Of a DNA stretch of 64,000 bases, positions 63,799-64,000 are shown piece after piece. Both the position numbers and the translations under genes were made by a program. This DNA is from an uncultured Chitinophagaceae bacterium (GTDB taxonomy: Bacteria; Bacteroidota; Bacteroidia; Chitinophagales; Chitinophagaceae). A model generated the notes under the pieces. The model ran no database searches and was not told the DNA's origin. It saw nothing but the letters and a program-made list of their open reading frames with translations. Each line of letters begins with the position of its first letter. Position 1 is the stretch's first letter. The DNA lies in the NCBI GenBank assembly GCA_903830285.1, contig CAIKTE010000180.1, positions 2,660 to 66,659 on the forward strand, read 5' to 3'.

Positions 63799-64000
63799 TT
63801 ATCAGATCTTCAAATGCGGCCTCAACAGTTGGATATAAAAAATCAAAGCCTGTTGATCTTATTTTATCATTGTTAACGCTTGCACTCTTTAATACTTCAA
63901 TGCTCATTTCTCCCAGCATTATTTTTAATACAAATGCAGGAACAGTAACAGGAATGAAAACGCGTCCGCACATTTGTTTCGCTAATGAGATAATTAGTTG
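63782..64000 (-). CDS. C-terminal part of a TIGR01777/YfcH-type epimerase-family protein (DUF1731 end); 5' part lies beyond the right edge
   Basis: The frame stays open upstream of the track ORF to position 64000 (..QLIISLAKQMCGRVFIPVTVPAFVLKIMLGEMS..LKS..V...K....GF.F.YP....A...L), the typical YfcH C-terminus. Confidence 0.65.
   Translation of the reverse strand, partial: QLIISLAKQMCGRVFIPVTVPAFVLKIMLGEMSIEVLKSASVNNDKIRSTGFDFLYPTVEAAFEDLIKNKTE

Noticed and set aside
1-64000. tRNA, rRNA, tmRNA, RNase P RNA, transposase/integrase, prophage or toxin-antitoxin modules
   Set aside because: I scanned the intergenic regions and translations by eye. I found no cloverleaf-type GTTCGAATC/TAGCTCAG signatures, no DDE/tyrosine-recombinase motifs and no phage structural genes. 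Absence by eye is not proof.

Overview
AT-rich, densely coding chromosomal segment that looks like a Bacteroidota genome (Chitinophagia/Sphingobacteriia-like). Supporting signs: no Shine-Dalgarno signals, TAnnTTTG boxes close to several starts, an Oar-type TonB-dependent receptor, and many SpI/SpII signal peptides. I support about 54 protein genes, two of them cut by the window edges. Most are housekeeping: rpe, phoH, ribBA, ribD, def, ruvX, mutS, prmC, mrp/apbC and hbd. The rest include peptidases (M14, M28, two M16), a trehalose-utilisation operon (MFS-trehalase-GNAT-LacI), an ECF sigma/anti-sigma pair, an ATP-grasp + GCS2 ligase pair, a SulP transporter and two orphan histidine kinases. I found no rRNA, tRNA, CRISPR, transposase, integrase or phage genes, and no recognisable defence genes. 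Five things deserve a second look. (1) 44296-44547: twelve indel-free 21-bp units carrying alternating GAGT / CTCA half-sites about once per helical turn, in a 680-bp gap, open in three reading frames and flanked by strong hairpins. (2) 50877-58944: a cellulose-synthase-like exopolysaccharide locus. It comprises a histidine kinase, a BcsB-like protein, a processive GT2 whose N-terminus is a T2SSE_N/MshEN-like domain instead of a C-terminal PilZ, a 523-aa polytopic membrane protein, and a divergent GH5 glycanase. (3) A small dispersed intergenic element with three copies, one of which precisely lacks the internal double mini-hairpin module. (4) A degenerate 7-bp tandem tract inside mutS. (5) A perfect 22-bp LacI/PurR-type palindrome at 35744. 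All functional calls come from reading the translations for motifs; no database search was possible.
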